From NCBI GenBank assembly GCA_031553915.1, contig JAVBKT010000009.1:12520-76519 (forward strand): a DNA stretch of 64,000 nt. Reading direction: 5' to 3'. This stretch comes from Bacillota bacterium (GTDB taxonomy: Bacteria > Bacillota > Dehalobacteriia > UBA4068). Shown here piece after piece: positions 37,738-47,395 of the stretch (position 1 is its first letter; every line of letters starts with the position of its first letter). The position numbers and the translations under genes are program-made. The notes beneath the pieces are model-generated. The model was not told the origin of the DNA. It searched no databases and saw only the letters and a program-made list of their open reading frames with translations.

Positions 37738-38637
37738 ATGAATAGCAAAACAAAATTTATCATTGCCGTGCTGATTTTTAGCACCTTAGGCTTATTTGTT
37801 AAACAACTTGCTCTTCCGGCAGGTTTAATTGTTTTGTGCAGAGGCGGCATCGGCACATTATTTTTGCTGTTTGTTTTCCTTGCCGCCAAAAAAAAGTTTT
37901 CCCTAAAAATAATCAAAGCAAATCTTTGGCTGTTGCTGGCCAGTGGCCTTGTGTTGGGCGCAGACTGGATATTCCTTTTTGAAGCATATAAGCATACCAG
38001 CGTTTCCCTAACCACAGTGCTGTATTATTTAGAGCCGGCTTTTCTGGTCACCCTCTCTGCTCTCGTGTTTAAAGAAAAGCTATCCCGCCTCAAAATATTC
38101 TGCATCGGCTTATCTCTCATCGGGCTGATAATGGTCACCGGCCTACTTTCCGGCGGCAACCTCGCCCAGATCAGTATTGCGGGCATCATTTTCGGCATTG
38201 CTGCCGCTCTGGCCTATACCGGATTAACCTTTCTTAACAAATTTATCAAAGGCCTGGTGCCGCTGGAATCAACCATGATTCAGCTGGCCATAGGCACTGT
38301 TGTCGTCCTCCCCTATGCTTTAATAACGGCAGATTTGCCAACATTGACGATTCATACTGCGGATATTGCGATCCTGCTGCTCTTGGGTGTTGTCCATACC
38401 GGGATTGCTTTCTGGCTTTATTTTGATTCTGTGGCCAAATTACCTTCCCAAACCATTGCTGTGCTGGGCTACACAGAACCAATAGTTACTATTATCCTCT
38501 CTGCTGTGATTTTGCATGAGCGACTGGATTTGCTGCAAATGATGGGCGCGATATTGGTCCTGGGCTCGATGCTGATTAGCCAGATACAAACAGCCGGCAA
38601 AACTCCGCTGTTAACAGCCAAAATAAAAGAGGCCTGA
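37738..38637 (+). CDS. DMT (EamA-like) family transporter
   Basis: 10-TM protein with duplicated EamA-like halves. Confidence 0.8.
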   Translation: MNSKTKFIIAVLIFSTLGLFVKQLALPAGLIVLCRGGIGTLFLLFVFLAAKKKFSLKIIKANLWLLLASGLVLGADWIFLFEAYKHTSVSLTTVLYYLEPAFLVTLSALVFKEKLSRLKIFCIGLSLIGLIMVTGLLSGGNLAQISIAGIIFGIAAALAYTGLTFLNKFIKGLVPLESTMIQLAIGTVVVLPYALITADLPTLTIHTADIAILLLLGVVHTGIAFWLYFDSVAKLPSQTIAVLGYTEPIVTIILSAVILHERLDLLQMMGAILVLGSMLISQIQTAGKTPLLTAKIKEA

Positions 38638-38657
38638 GTTCAGGCCTCTTTTATTTT
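38622..38657. terminator. Bidirectional terminator (aaaagaggcctga / tcaggcctctttt)
   Basis: Perfect 13-bp stem. Confidence 0.75.
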
Positions 38658-38668
38658 TGTTTGCATCA

Positions 38669-39784
38669 TCACTCGGCTTTGGTTTGCTGTTTGCGTCTGA
38701 TGCGGCGCATCGCCCGCCGCAACAAGCTCCAAAGCAGAGCCACCCCAAAGGCAACCGCCAAGGCATCAGTATACCAGGCATGGTGATGCCCCGCCTCTGC
38801 CAGGTCGCCGCCATAATGGAATATTGTCTCACCAAAGAGATCAAGAACCAGCCCAAAGATAATCGCCATCACGGCAATCACTACCAGATAAATAATGGTC
38901 ACTTTTTTACCCAAGCTTTTGGCCATCACCATCAAAGAAGCGATATTGGTTGCCGGGCCGACAAAAAGAAAAACAAAAGCCGCGCCCGGGCTGATACCCT
39001 TGGCTATCAAGGTTAAGGCAATGGGAATGGAGGATGTTGAGCACAGATACATCGGCAAGCTGATCACCAGCATCAATAACATTGCCGGCAAGCCGCTGCT
39101 GAAACCATGCTCCACAAAAAAATCTACCGGAACAAAGGCATTGATGGCCGCAGCCAAGGCCAGGCCAATCAGCAAATGCACGGAAATTTCATCGAGAAAG
39201 GTGATAAAAGGATAGCTGAAAATATTACTAAAAGACTTTTTAGGCTCTGCCTGGCCATGATGCTCATGTTCCCGGCAAGTACAATTCTCATCACAGCAAA
39301 TATCTCCGACCCCTTCCTGGTGATCCTTTCGGCAAAAAATATTGGTCACAGCGCCGCTGATGATGCCGGTGATAAAAGCGGCAACAGCGCGGTAAATAGC
39401 GATAAACGGCCCCAGCAAACCATATGTCGCAATTAAAACCTCAATGCCTGTTTGCGGGGTAGAGGTTAAAAAGGAGACCACAGCGCCATTGCCGGCGCCG
39501 TTTTTTTTCATCTCCAGAGCCGTTGGCACCACACCGCAGCTGCACAGAGGCAGGGGGATGCCAATCACGCTGGCCTTGACCACTGAGGCAAAATTATCTT
39601 TCCCTACAAAACGGCTAATCCATTCCTTTTTAATATAAGTGTTGAGAATGCCAACAAAAAGCAGCCCCAATACCATAAAAGGCGCCATATCAATAAAGAT
39701 ATGCAAAAACTCATAAAAGAAATCACCAATAGGCGATTGGGAAACTAATTCATCTGTATGCGCATGGGCCAGGATAGTCTGCAT
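38669..39784 (-). CDS. Permease of the DUF318/ArsP-like family with a Cys/His-rich cytoplasmic loop
   Basis: PLPLCSCGVVP motif and the loop CCDENCTCREHEHHGQAE. Confidence 0.65.
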   Translation of the reverse strand: MQTILAHAHTDELVSQSPIGDFFYEFLHIFIDMAPFMVLGLLFVGILNTYIKKEWISRFVGKDNFASVVKASVIGIPLPLCSCGVVPTALEMKKNGAGNGAVVSFLTSTPQTGIEVLIATYGLLGPFIAIYRAVAAFITGIISGAVTNIFCRKDHQEGVGDICCDENCTCREHEHHGQAEPKKSFSNIFSYPFITFLDEISVHLLIGLALAAAINAFVPVDFFVEHGFSSGLPAMLLMLVISLPMYLCSTSSIPIALTLIAKGISPGAAFVFLFVGPATNIASLMVMAKSLGKKVTIIYLVVIAVMAIIFGLVLDLFGETIFHYGGDLAEAGHHHAWYTDALAVAFGVALLWSLLRRAMRRIRRKQQTKAE

Positions 39785-40024
39785 ATTCGCTCCTTGATTT
39801 TGCTGCTGTATCGAAACCGTACTGATTCACAAAAAGAGGATAGCGATATTATATGCAATTTGAGAACAATTATCAAGTTCATTTAGTAAAAATACTAAAA
39901 AATATGCTTAATAGACAAAAAACACTATTTTTGTTGAGGAGAAGTAATTTACCCATGGCCGATACAGGTAAAATATTTTTTATCAAGAATACCGTACATA
40001 TATAAATAAAAAATGAGGCTGCTT

Positions 40025-40612
40025 ATGTCGGATAATAAACTTCAAAAAACAATTGCCGAGATTATCGAAATCGGTAAACGCCTATGGACAAGGGGTATGG
40101 TTGCCGCCAATGACGGCAATATCAGCTGCCGATGCCAGGAGGGCTTTTTGATCACCAGAAGCGGTGTCAGCAAGGGCTTTCTTGAGCAAAAGGATATTCT
40201 CATCATCAATGATGAAGGCCAACCGCTATCTGCCAATGCGCCGCTGCCGTCAATTGAGACTGCCCTGCACTTGGCTGTTTACCGCAATAATCCACAAGCT
40301 GCGGCCATTATCCATGCTCACCCGCCATATGCTACTGCTTTTGCCTTAAGTTCTCTTAACATCAATACTTTTCCACTGGAAGAATTACGCCTGCAGCTGG
40401 ACGAGGTGCCGCTAATCCCTTATGCTCCGGCAGGCAGCCCGCAGCTGGCCGAGCTTGTTGGCAATTATATGCAAGCAGCGCGCGCCGGACTGATGGAGCG
40501 TCATGGCGCCCTAAGCGTCGGCGCCAGCCTGATGGAGGCCTTATTCCGTATGGAAGCGTTGGAACAAGCGGCAAAAATTATCAGCATCAGCAAAAATTTG
40601 TCAGCTGATTAG
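40025..40612 (+). CDS. Class II aldolase/adducin family protein (MtnB / L-fuculose-phosphate aldolase-like)
   Basis: MVAANDGNIS…ITRSGVSKG and IIHAHPPYATAF motifs. Confidence 0.75.
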   Translation: MSDNKLQKTIAEIIEIGKRLWTRGMVAANDGNISCRCQEGFLITRSGVSKGFLEQKDILIINDEGQPLSANAPLPSIETALHLAVYRNNPQAAAIIHAHPPYATAFALSSLNINTFPLEELRLQLDEVPLIPYAPAGSPQLAELVGNYMQAARAGLMERHGALSVGASLMEALFRMEALEQAAKIISISKNLSAD

Positions 40613-40797
40613 CGGCTACAAATACAGTTTCCGCATAAAGCAGGGTAGCAAAAATCAAGTATTACATATGCGAATAATCATATTGACAGCAGTGCTAATA
40701 TTATCGAAAAGTCTATTGAATAATTACATAGCTATTGGTATAATTAGAAAGAATTACTGCAATTATGCACTATTTTGCCTTGAGGATGCTGTTTTTT

Positions 40798-42909
40798 ATG
40801 GAAACATTATTTGGCAAACTGGAAAGCTCCTTTCTGGTTCGAACAATCCGTAATGGCTTATTGATGACTATCCCGATCTTAATGATCGGTTCTTTTGCTT
40901 TGATTTTTAATAATTTACCGATAGAGGGCTATCGTAACTTTATTGCCTCTGTTGCTAATGGCGCGCTGGTTGATTTTTTTGTCTTTGTTAATCAGGGTAC
41001 TTTTGGCCTGCTTTCTATTTATATGGTTTTTTGCCTCAGCCTTAGCTTTGCCAGAGAGCATACGCATACCGTGCGCTTTATTTATGGGGTGCCGCTAACT
41101 TCCTTGATCTGCTTTGTTATCCTAAGCGGCATTTCCTCAGAAAATTTTGATATCAGCTTTTTTGGCAGCCGTGGCGTTTTTACGGCCATTTTCTGCGCCT
41201 TGATCGGCTCTGCCTTATACATCCAGTTTAGCAAATGGTCTAGCAAACGCAAGCGCCGCCTCTGGGCAGAAGGCGCTGATGTTGAATTTAATAATGCTAT
41301 TTCTGTTATTATACCGATGGTTGGCGTCACCGTAATTTTTGCTGTTTTCAACCTGCTGCTTGTTGATATTTTTAATGTTTCCGGACTGCAAGAGCTATTT
41401 ATCCGCTCTACGGACGCGCTTTTCCATGGTATTGACAACGGCTTTTGGAGCGGATTATTATACGTTTTCCTTTCCAGCCTGCTGTGGTTTTTTGGCGTGC
41501 ATGGCAGCGATGTCCTGGAAACAGTCAGCCAGAGCCTGTTTGTGCCTGTGGCCTCCCAAAATGCCGCCAATATTGCCGCCGGTCTGGAAGCTACCGAAAT
41601 TGTCTCCAAATCTTTTATGGATATTTTTGTCTTTATGGGCGGTTGCGGTACCTCTCTTGCTTTAATCCTCGCTTTGCTGATCTTCAGCAAACGGCGCGCT
41701 AACCGCTCGCTGAGCCGGATGGCAGCTCTGCCCGTGCTGTTTAATATTAATGAGCTGCTCATTTTTGGTCTGCCCGTCATTTTGAACCCGCTGTTTATTT
41801 TTCCCTTCATTCTCACTCCGGTTGTCTCTTATCTGCTTGCCTATGGAGCGACTGCCATCGGTCTAATGCCAGTTATAGCCGAGGAAATACATTGGACAAC
41901 CCCTTTCATCCTCGGTGGATGGACAGCCAGCGGATCATTGGTCGGCGCTATTGTCCAGCTGGTAACTATTGCCATCGGAATAGTCATCTATCTGCCCTTT
42001 GTGCGCCGCTATGATGACTATATCGTCAAAAACAGTATTCGTGGCGTGAGTAAACTAGCTGAAGTTTTGCGGGATAGCGAGGAAAACAATACCCCTATCA
42101 CCCTCACCCAGCTGCGCAGCTCCCGCGGGGCCTTAGCAAAAACCCTGGCGGCGGATTTGCAAAATGCGATCAATAAACAAGAGCTGACTATGTTCTATCA
42201 GCCCCAGTTTGACAACCATGACAAATGTACCGGCGTGGAAGCGCTTTTGCGTTGGAAGCATCATCAGGTTGGCTATATTTATCCGCCGCTGATTATTAAA
42301 CTGGCTGATGAAGCTGATATGCTGGAGACGATGGAGCGGCAGATCATCCTGATGGTGGCCAAGGACCGGCAAAGGATAGGCGAAATTCTTGGCGATGACG
42401 TCAAGGTCAGCGTCAATGTCTCCGGCAAAACTATTCAAAGCGAAAGCTTTGCTAATTATCTGCAAAAATTAATCAGCAGCGGTATGGCGGACAAAGGCAG
42501 CCTTTGGTTGGAAATCACCGAGCAGATGGCCTTCCTCACCAGCCATAATGAGGAAGTATTCAGCCGTATCCGTTCTCTTGGCTACCCAATGGCCATAGAC
42601 GATTTTTCCATGGGCCATACCTCCATAAAATATCTGCAAAACAACCACTTTGATATGGTTAAGCTCGATGGTTCTCTCGTTACTAATCTGACAGATAATG
42701 ACCGCGCCAGAGAAATTGTCGCCTCTATTGTCTATTTATCCAGATCTCTCGGCTTTGATGTTCTGGCGGAATTTGTCGAAACGCGTGAGCAACAAAAAAC
42801 ATTAGAAGATATCGGTTGCTATAAATATCAGGGATATCTCTATTCACCGGCAGTGCCATTGGAGGAGTTGGCCAATATCCGCTTCAAAGATAAAGCAAAA
42901 ATATCATAA
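40798..42909 (+). CDS. PTS EIIC-like (lactose/cellobiose type) membrane domain fused to a C-terminal EAL c-di-GMP phosphodiesterase domain
   Basis: The N-terminal segment IRNGLLMTIPILMIGSFALIFNNLPIEGY resembles the CelB/ChbC EIIC start. The C-terminal domain has EALLRW and DDFSMGHTS motifs. Confidence 0.75.
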   Translation: METLFGKLESSFLVRTIRNGLLMTIPILMIGSFALIFNNLPIEGYRNFIASVANGALVDFFVFVNQGTFGLLSIYMVFCLSLSFAREHTHTVRFIYGVPLTSLICFVILSGISSENFDISFFGSRGVFTAIFCALIGSALYIQFSKWSSKRKRRLWAEGADVEFNNAISVIIPMVGVTVIFAVFNLLLVDIFNVSGLQELFIRSTDALFHGIDNGFWSGLLYVFLSSLLWFFGVHGSDVLETVSQSLFVPVASQNAANIAAGLEATEIVSKSFMDIFVFMGGCGTSLALILALLIFSKRRANRSLSRMAALPVLFNINELLIFGLPVILNPLFIFPFILTPVVSYLLAYGATAIGLMPVIAEEIHWTTPFILGGWTASGSLVGAIVQLVTIAIGIVIYLPFVRRYDDYIVKNSIRGVSKLAEVLRDSEENNTPITLTQLRSSRGALAKTLAADLQNAINKQELTMFYQPQFDNHDKCTGVEALLRWKHHQVGYIYPPLIIKLADEADMLETMERQIILMVAKDRQRIGEILGDDVKVSVNVSGKTIQSESFANYLQKLISSGMADKGSLWLEITEQMAFLTSHNEEVFSRIRSLGYPMAIDDFSMGHTSIKYLQNNHFDMVKLDGSLVTNLTDNDRAREIVASIVYLSRSLGFDVLAEFVETREQQKTLEDIGCYKYQGYLYSPAVPLEELANIRFKDKAKIS

Positions 42910-42924
42910 ACATGGGAGCGCATA

Positions 42925-43755
42925 ATGTTAGAAATACCGGAAGCATATAGCCTGACCAAACAATTGCAAAAAACAGTTCAAGGCAAAGAAATCACTCAAG
43001 TCATTGCAGCGCAATCGCCGCATGGCTTTGCTTTTTATAATGGTGAGCCGTCAGATTATCCCCGCCTGCTGAGCGGAAATACTATTGAAGCGGTGGAAGC
43101 TATTGGCGGCATGATTAAAGTGTATCTTGGCGATATGCGCCTGCTCTTCCATGATGGCACCAATATCCGCTATCTGGACTCAGCCGCTAAGCTGCCGCAA
43201 AAACACCAGTTGCTGCTGGGCTTTAGCGATAACAGCTACCTGGTCTGCACTGTGCAGATGTATGGCGCGCTGTTTGCCTATGAGCACGGCAGCCTGGACA
43301 ACCCCTATTACAAGGCTGCCCGCGAAAAGCCCAATCCCCTGAGCAGTGAATTTAACGCAGAGTGGTTTGCGCAAATTATCGCGGAAGCGCCGGAAAAACT
43401 TAGCATCAAGGGCTTGCTGGCTACAGAGCAGCGTATCCCCGGACTGGGCAATGGCTGCTTGCAGGATATACTCTTCCAGGCAAGGCTCAACCCGCAAAGC
43501 AAAGTGGCTACGCTGAGCAAAGCGGATCAAGAAAAGCTGTATAATGCAGTGAAAACTGTTTTGCGGCAAATGGCAGATTTGGGAGGGCGCAATACGGAAA
43601 AGGATTTGTTTGGGAATCCGGGCGGGTATCAAAGCATACTCTCTGCCAAAACCTGCAAGGAACCCTGCCCTGTTTGCGGCGGGGCAATCACCCGCAAGGC
43701 TTATATGGGCGGCAATGTTTATTTCTGCGGACACTGCCAGCCTTTGCAAAAATAA
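42925..43755 (+). CDS. Fpg/Nei family DNA glycosylase homolog with a Cys4 zinc finger; the N-terminus is MLEIPE (no Pro2)
   Basis: C-terminal CPVCGG…CGHCQ zinc finger and Fpg-like N-terminal domain architecture. Confidence 0.7.
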   Translation: MLEIPEAYSLTKQLQKTVQGKEITQVIAAQSPHGFAFYNGEPSDYPRLLSGNTIEAVEAIGGMIKVYLGDMRLLFHDGTNIRYLDSAAKLPQKHQLLLGFSDNSYLVCTVQMYGALFAYEHGSLDNPYYKAAREKPNPLSSEFNAEWFAQIIAEAPEKLSIKGLLATEQRIPGLGNGCLQDILFQARLNPQSKVATLSKADQEKLYNAVKTVLRQMADLGGRNTEKDLFGNPGGYQSILSAKTCKEPCPVCGGAITRKAYMGGNVYFCGHCQPLQK

Positions 43756-43841
43756 TAACGATAAGCAAGAAAAGAAGAGGCTTGCCTCTTCTTTTTTGTT
43801 GGCTTGTGGTATAATGCAAATATGTCTTATGCGGCAGGGGC

Positions 43842-44675
43842 ATGCTGATGAAAAAAGATTATCTGATCATCCTCGGCCTTTGGCTGGTGTTTGAGGCAGT
43901 TGCAGTGGTACTTTGGCTGAGCTTAGACAATATTTTTTATTTATTTAATTTTACTTATATCGGCAGCTGCCTGGCCCTGGGTCTGTTCTTGTTCAATAAA
44001 AAATTCAGGCACGCCCGCTTGGTGGTTCAGCTGGCTGTCGGCCTTTATATGCTGGTTTATCTGGGGCTTATCTGCGGCGAAAACATGCAGATAGCCGGTT
44101 TTTGGTACTATCTGTTCCTAGGCGTTTTTGAGGCAGCGGTGATCCACTATGCCGTGGCAAAAATCTTTGGCCCTTTGCTTTTTGGCCGCGGCTGGTGCGG
44201 CTATGCCTGTTGGACAGCTATGATACTCGACTTGCTGCCCTATAAAACCTCCTCTCATCCGCGTAAAAAATGGGGTTTTGTCAGATATATTGTTTTTAGC
44301 GCGGTGCTGCTTTTTGTTATTGCCTTGTTTTTACTGCACATTCCGAATATGGAGAGAATCATTTTCTGGAGCTTTATCATTGGTAATATTATCTATTATA
44401 CGCTGGGTATTGGCCTGGCTTTGGCTTTGCATGATAACCGCGCCTTTTGCAAATATATCTGCCCTATCACCGTTTTCCTCAAACCGATGAGCTTTTTTTC
44501 TTTGCTGCGCATCAAGAATGATACAGATAAATGTACCTCTTGCCACAAGTGCCAAAAAGCCTGCCCCATGGAAGTGGATATGACCGACAATTCCCGCAAA
44601 CGCATTAATGCTACAGAGTGTATTCTCTGCATGCAGTGCATTAAGCAATGCTCCACCAAGGCCCTGCACTTATAA
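43842..44675 (+). CDS. 4Fe-4S-cluster-binding integral membrane protein (NapH/MauN-like)
   Basis: CGYACW and CKYICP motifs, plus two CxxCxxC-containing ferredoxin-type cysteine motifs, and multiple TM helices. Confidence 0.7.
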   Translation: MLMKKDYLIILGLWLVFEAVAVVLWLSLDNIFYLFNFTYIGSCLALGLFLFNKKFRHARLVVQLAVGLYMLVYLGLICGENMQIAGFWYYLFLGVFEAAVIHYAVAKIFGPLLFGRGWCGYACWTAMILDLLPYKTSSHPRKKWGFVRYIVFSAVLLFVIALFLLHIPNMERIIFWSFIIGNIIYYTLGIGLALALHDNRAFCKYICPITVFLKPMSFFSLLRIKNDTDKCTSCHKCQKACPMEVDMTDNSRKRINATECILCMQCIKQCSTKALHL

Positions 44676-44685
44676 GCGAACAAAT

Positions 44686-44718
44686 AAAAACGCCCTGTAC
44701 TTAGGGCGTTTTTATTTA
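44686..44718. terminator. Bidirectional terminator (aaaaacgccct / agggcgttttt)
   Basis: Perfect stem with A and T runs. Confidence 0.75.
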
Positions 44719-44737
44719 TGCAACGTCTTAACGAAAC

Positions 44738-45994
44738 TTATTGATAAGTGACAAAACCCCAATGATAATCATCCTGGAAAAGCTCCTTCATGGTTCCATA
44801 ATTGCTCTCACCTTTAAATTTTATTAAAGCGTTACTTGTTGTTGGAATATAATTAAGGGTAAAATCACCCTGAAAAAATACCTGGTCTGCAATAATATCG
44901 CCATTGATGACCATGTCTGCCGCAAAGGTAAATTGCGCTCTGGAATCACCATGGATATACACCCTGGTGTTAATATTTGGAGGAGTCCCAGAGAAAGAAG
45001 GCTTTACTCCCTGAGCAAAGAAAAGGTGTACTTCTGTAGCGGCGCTGGGAAGTTCGCCTAATTTAACAGACATATTCCCTTGGTGGAAGCGGTAATAATA
45101 ACGGTTATCATCATCTTTCACAACGCTACCCATACTAGTAGCAAAACTAATAAAAGTCTCCCCGCCATCAAGACTGCCTTTTTGCATATCATTCGTCGGC
45201 ACAAAAATATCTTTAGTACGCCCTTCATTAATTTCACCCACACACTGATGTCCTGCCCCCAGATAAAGCTTAGTATTGCTAAATCCGTTAATTGTAGCAG
45301 TATAATCCATGCCCGAGGGAGCTAAATTCATCTTGTAATAAGTATAAAAATCGCCATTATTAACATAGATAGAGCGGGTATTATTATTGTTATTGGCAAA
45401 TTCTTTTAAATAAAAATTACAATTATTAACAGTAAGAGTGGCATTGCTTGGCAGCGTCATAGTATTGATAAAGAAACCATGGAATATCTTTTGCACGGGA
45501 ATGGTATCACTGGTTTCTCCTTCGGTTATCTCACTTGACTCAGTAGTTCTTTCCAGCACTGCCTCAACTGTTTCCAAGCGGTCAGCAAACTGAGCTGTCA
45601 CACTGACAACCCAAGTATCTTCATCCGTCCTGGTGATGGTGGCAGAAGTAATCTCTCCCATATTGGCGCTGTCGCTAAACTGGAAATCTGTTAATGGCAT
45701 AGGCACGCCAATCATACCGCTGAGCAAGGGCGCTTCTGCGCTCAATTTGGCGGTAAGCTGCTCCTCTGTCATGTTGGCAATATCAGATGTCGCGCTGATG
45801 CTATAGTTGCTTATCTGTGACAAAACCACATCAACAGCAGAGCGCGCCGATAGATATGCCTGGTTCTGCATGCTTTCATGAGTAGTACGCTCACTGTAAT
45901 TCAGGCTAAGCGTCAAAATAAGCGCGATGATAATCACAATTACCATTAGCGCAGCCATCGCCCATATCATGGCCGATCCACGGTTATTATTCAT
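44738..45994 (-). CDS. Hypothetical membrane-anchored/secreted protein (N-terminal hydrophobic helix, Asn/Thr-rich ectodomain)
   Basis: The N-terminus GSAMIWAMAALMVIVIIIALILTL resembles a pseudopilin-like anchor but lacks the Glu5. It is flanked by AT-rich DNA. Confidence 0.4.
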   Translation of the reverse strand: MNNNRGSAMIWAMAALMVIVIIIALILTLSLNYSERTTHESMQNQAYLSARSAVDVVLSQISNYSISATSDIANMTEEQLTAKLSAEAPLLSGMIGVPMPLTDFQFSDSANMGEITSATITRTDEDTWVVSVTAQFADRLETVEAVLERTTESSEITEGETSDTIPVQKIFHGFFINTMTLPSNATLTVNNCNFYLKEFANNNNNTRSIYVNNGDFYTYYKMNLAPSGMDYTATINGFSNTKLYLGAGHQCVGEINEGRTKDIFVPTNDMQKGSLDGGETFISFATSMGSVVKDDDNRYYYRFHQGNMSVKLGELPSAATEVHLFFAQGVKPSFSGTPPNINTRVYIHGDSRAQFTFAADMVINGDIIADQVFFQGDFTLNYIPTTSNALIKFKGESNYGTMKELFQDDYHWGFVTYQ

Positions 45995-46168
45995 ACATTA
46001 TATCTCCTTTTCCATCAACAACCATTTATTGATGAAAATAAATATCATTCTTATTTTATTATAATTTGTCTGACAACACAATTATTCTTGTAAAAACACA
46101 TTCTTTTTTATTCTGCAAGCAAAAAAGCTATTGCATTTATAAAACCCGTATGCTATACTATATCCGGA

Positions 46169-46188
46169 GTTAGTTTGGGCTAACCACA
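46169..46188. promoter_or_regulatory. Palindromic motif GTTAG-TTTGGG-CTAAC-CACA (distal copy)
   Basis: Seen in the sequence. It is the reverse complement, apart from the centre, of the proximal copy at 46360. Confidence 0.35.
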
Positions 46189-46359
46189 ATTATTAGTCGT
46201 CCCTAAACAGTAGCGTTGCTACAAACACTAATACTCCTTAACAAAAACAACCACAAAACAAATACTATGATTAGTAAGTAAGTAGTTTACTTGTCAATTT
46301 GCTTTAACAGCACTATTTGCGCAAGATTAATACGCTAAAGAGTGCATTAATTTTGCGAC

Positions 46360-46379
46360 TGTGGTTAGTTTAAACTAAC
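46360..46379. promoter_or_regulatory. Palindromic motif TGTG-GTTAG-TTTAAA-CTAAC immediately upstream of the SD of the DUF3793 gene
   Basis: Seen in the sequence. It partners with the copy at 46169. Confidence 0.35.
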
Positions 46380-46393
46380 ACAAAGGAGCCTCT

Positions 46394-46942
46394 ATGTGCA
46401 CAAATCTGCAAAAAACCCTTGCCAAACATTGCGGACCGGTATTACTGAACAAAAAACCGGCAACATTGCTTTCTTTGCCCCGTGCAGAGCGCAAAGAGGT
46501 GCTGGCGCTTTCCGGCAACCATATTAAGGCAGCAGTATTACGCTTTAACCAGGACAAGGATCTACTGTTGCTTTATCAGCCCCAGCTGCTTGAGGCAGCA
46601 TTAATGCACGAAGAGGCCGTGGAAATTCTCACCCGCTTTGATTATCCGCTGGGGCAAGGGCTAGCCAGGATCATCCACCATTTGCGCCTGCGGATTAGCG
46701 CCAGTGCGGAATTCCCGCATGAGGTGGGCCTTTTCCTTGGCTATCCGGTAGCGGACGTGGCAGGATTTATCGAACACAAAGGCCATAATTATAAAATTGC
46801 CGGCGACTGGAAGGTTTATGGCAGTGTTCATTTGGCGCAAAACCTTTTTGTTGAGCACCGAAAATGCCGCAACTATCTGCTGCACTATGTGGAAAACGGC
46901 GGAAACCTTCATAGCCTCTGCTTCAATATGACAAGTGGCTAA
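46394..46942 (+). CDS. DUF3793 family protein (paralog of 30636..31205)
   Basis: Conserved FPHEVGLFLGYPVADVAGF and GDWKVYG motifs. Confidence 0.7.
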   Translation: MCTNLQKTLAKHCGPVLLNKKPATLLSLPRAERKEVLALSGNHIKAAVLRFNQDKDLLLLYQPQLLEAALMHEEAVEILTRFDYPLGQGLARIIHHLRLRISASAEFPHEVGLFLGYPVADVAGFIEHKGHNYKIAGDWKVYGSVHLAQNLFVEHRKCRNYLLHYVENGGNLHSLCFNMTSG

Positions 46943-46978
46943 ACTATTACTTATAAAATAAAGGAGATTGATACTTAT

Positions 46979-47395
46979 ATGACAAAAGCAGCAGTTATTT
47001 ATTGGAGCGGTACCGGCAATACTGAAGCAATGGCTACGGCCATTTGCCAGGGTATGGTGGAAAACGGCGTGGAAACCGAGCTTTTCAGCGTTGAAGCTGC
47101 GCCCAAAGATCTCGCCGACTATGATAAATTAGCCTTTGGCTGCCCCTCTATGGGTGCGGAAGTTTTGGAAGAGGCTGAATTTGACCCCTATTTTACGGAA
47201 ATTGAAGCCCAGCTCTCTGGCAAAAAAGTGGCCTTATTTGGCTCCTATGGCTGGGGCGATGGAGAATGGATGCGCGACTGGGTGGAACGCGCCAAGAATG
47301 ATCAGGCGAGCCTTTTTGATGAAGGGTTAATCGTTGAAGAGGTCCCGGACGCAGAACTCTGCACTGAATACGGCCGCAGCTTTGCCTCTGCTTAA
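46979..47395 (+). CDS. Flavodoxin (short-chain)
   Basis: The N-terminus MTKAAVIYWSGTGNTE carries the FMN phosphate-binding loop. 138 aa. Confidence 0.9.
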   Translation: MTKAAVIYWSGTGNTEAMATAICQGMVENGVETELFSVEAAPKDLADYDKLAFGCPSMGAEVLEEAEFDPYFTEIEAQLSGKKVALFGSYGWGDGEWMRDWVERAKNDQASLFDEGLIVEEVPDAELCTEYGRSFASA

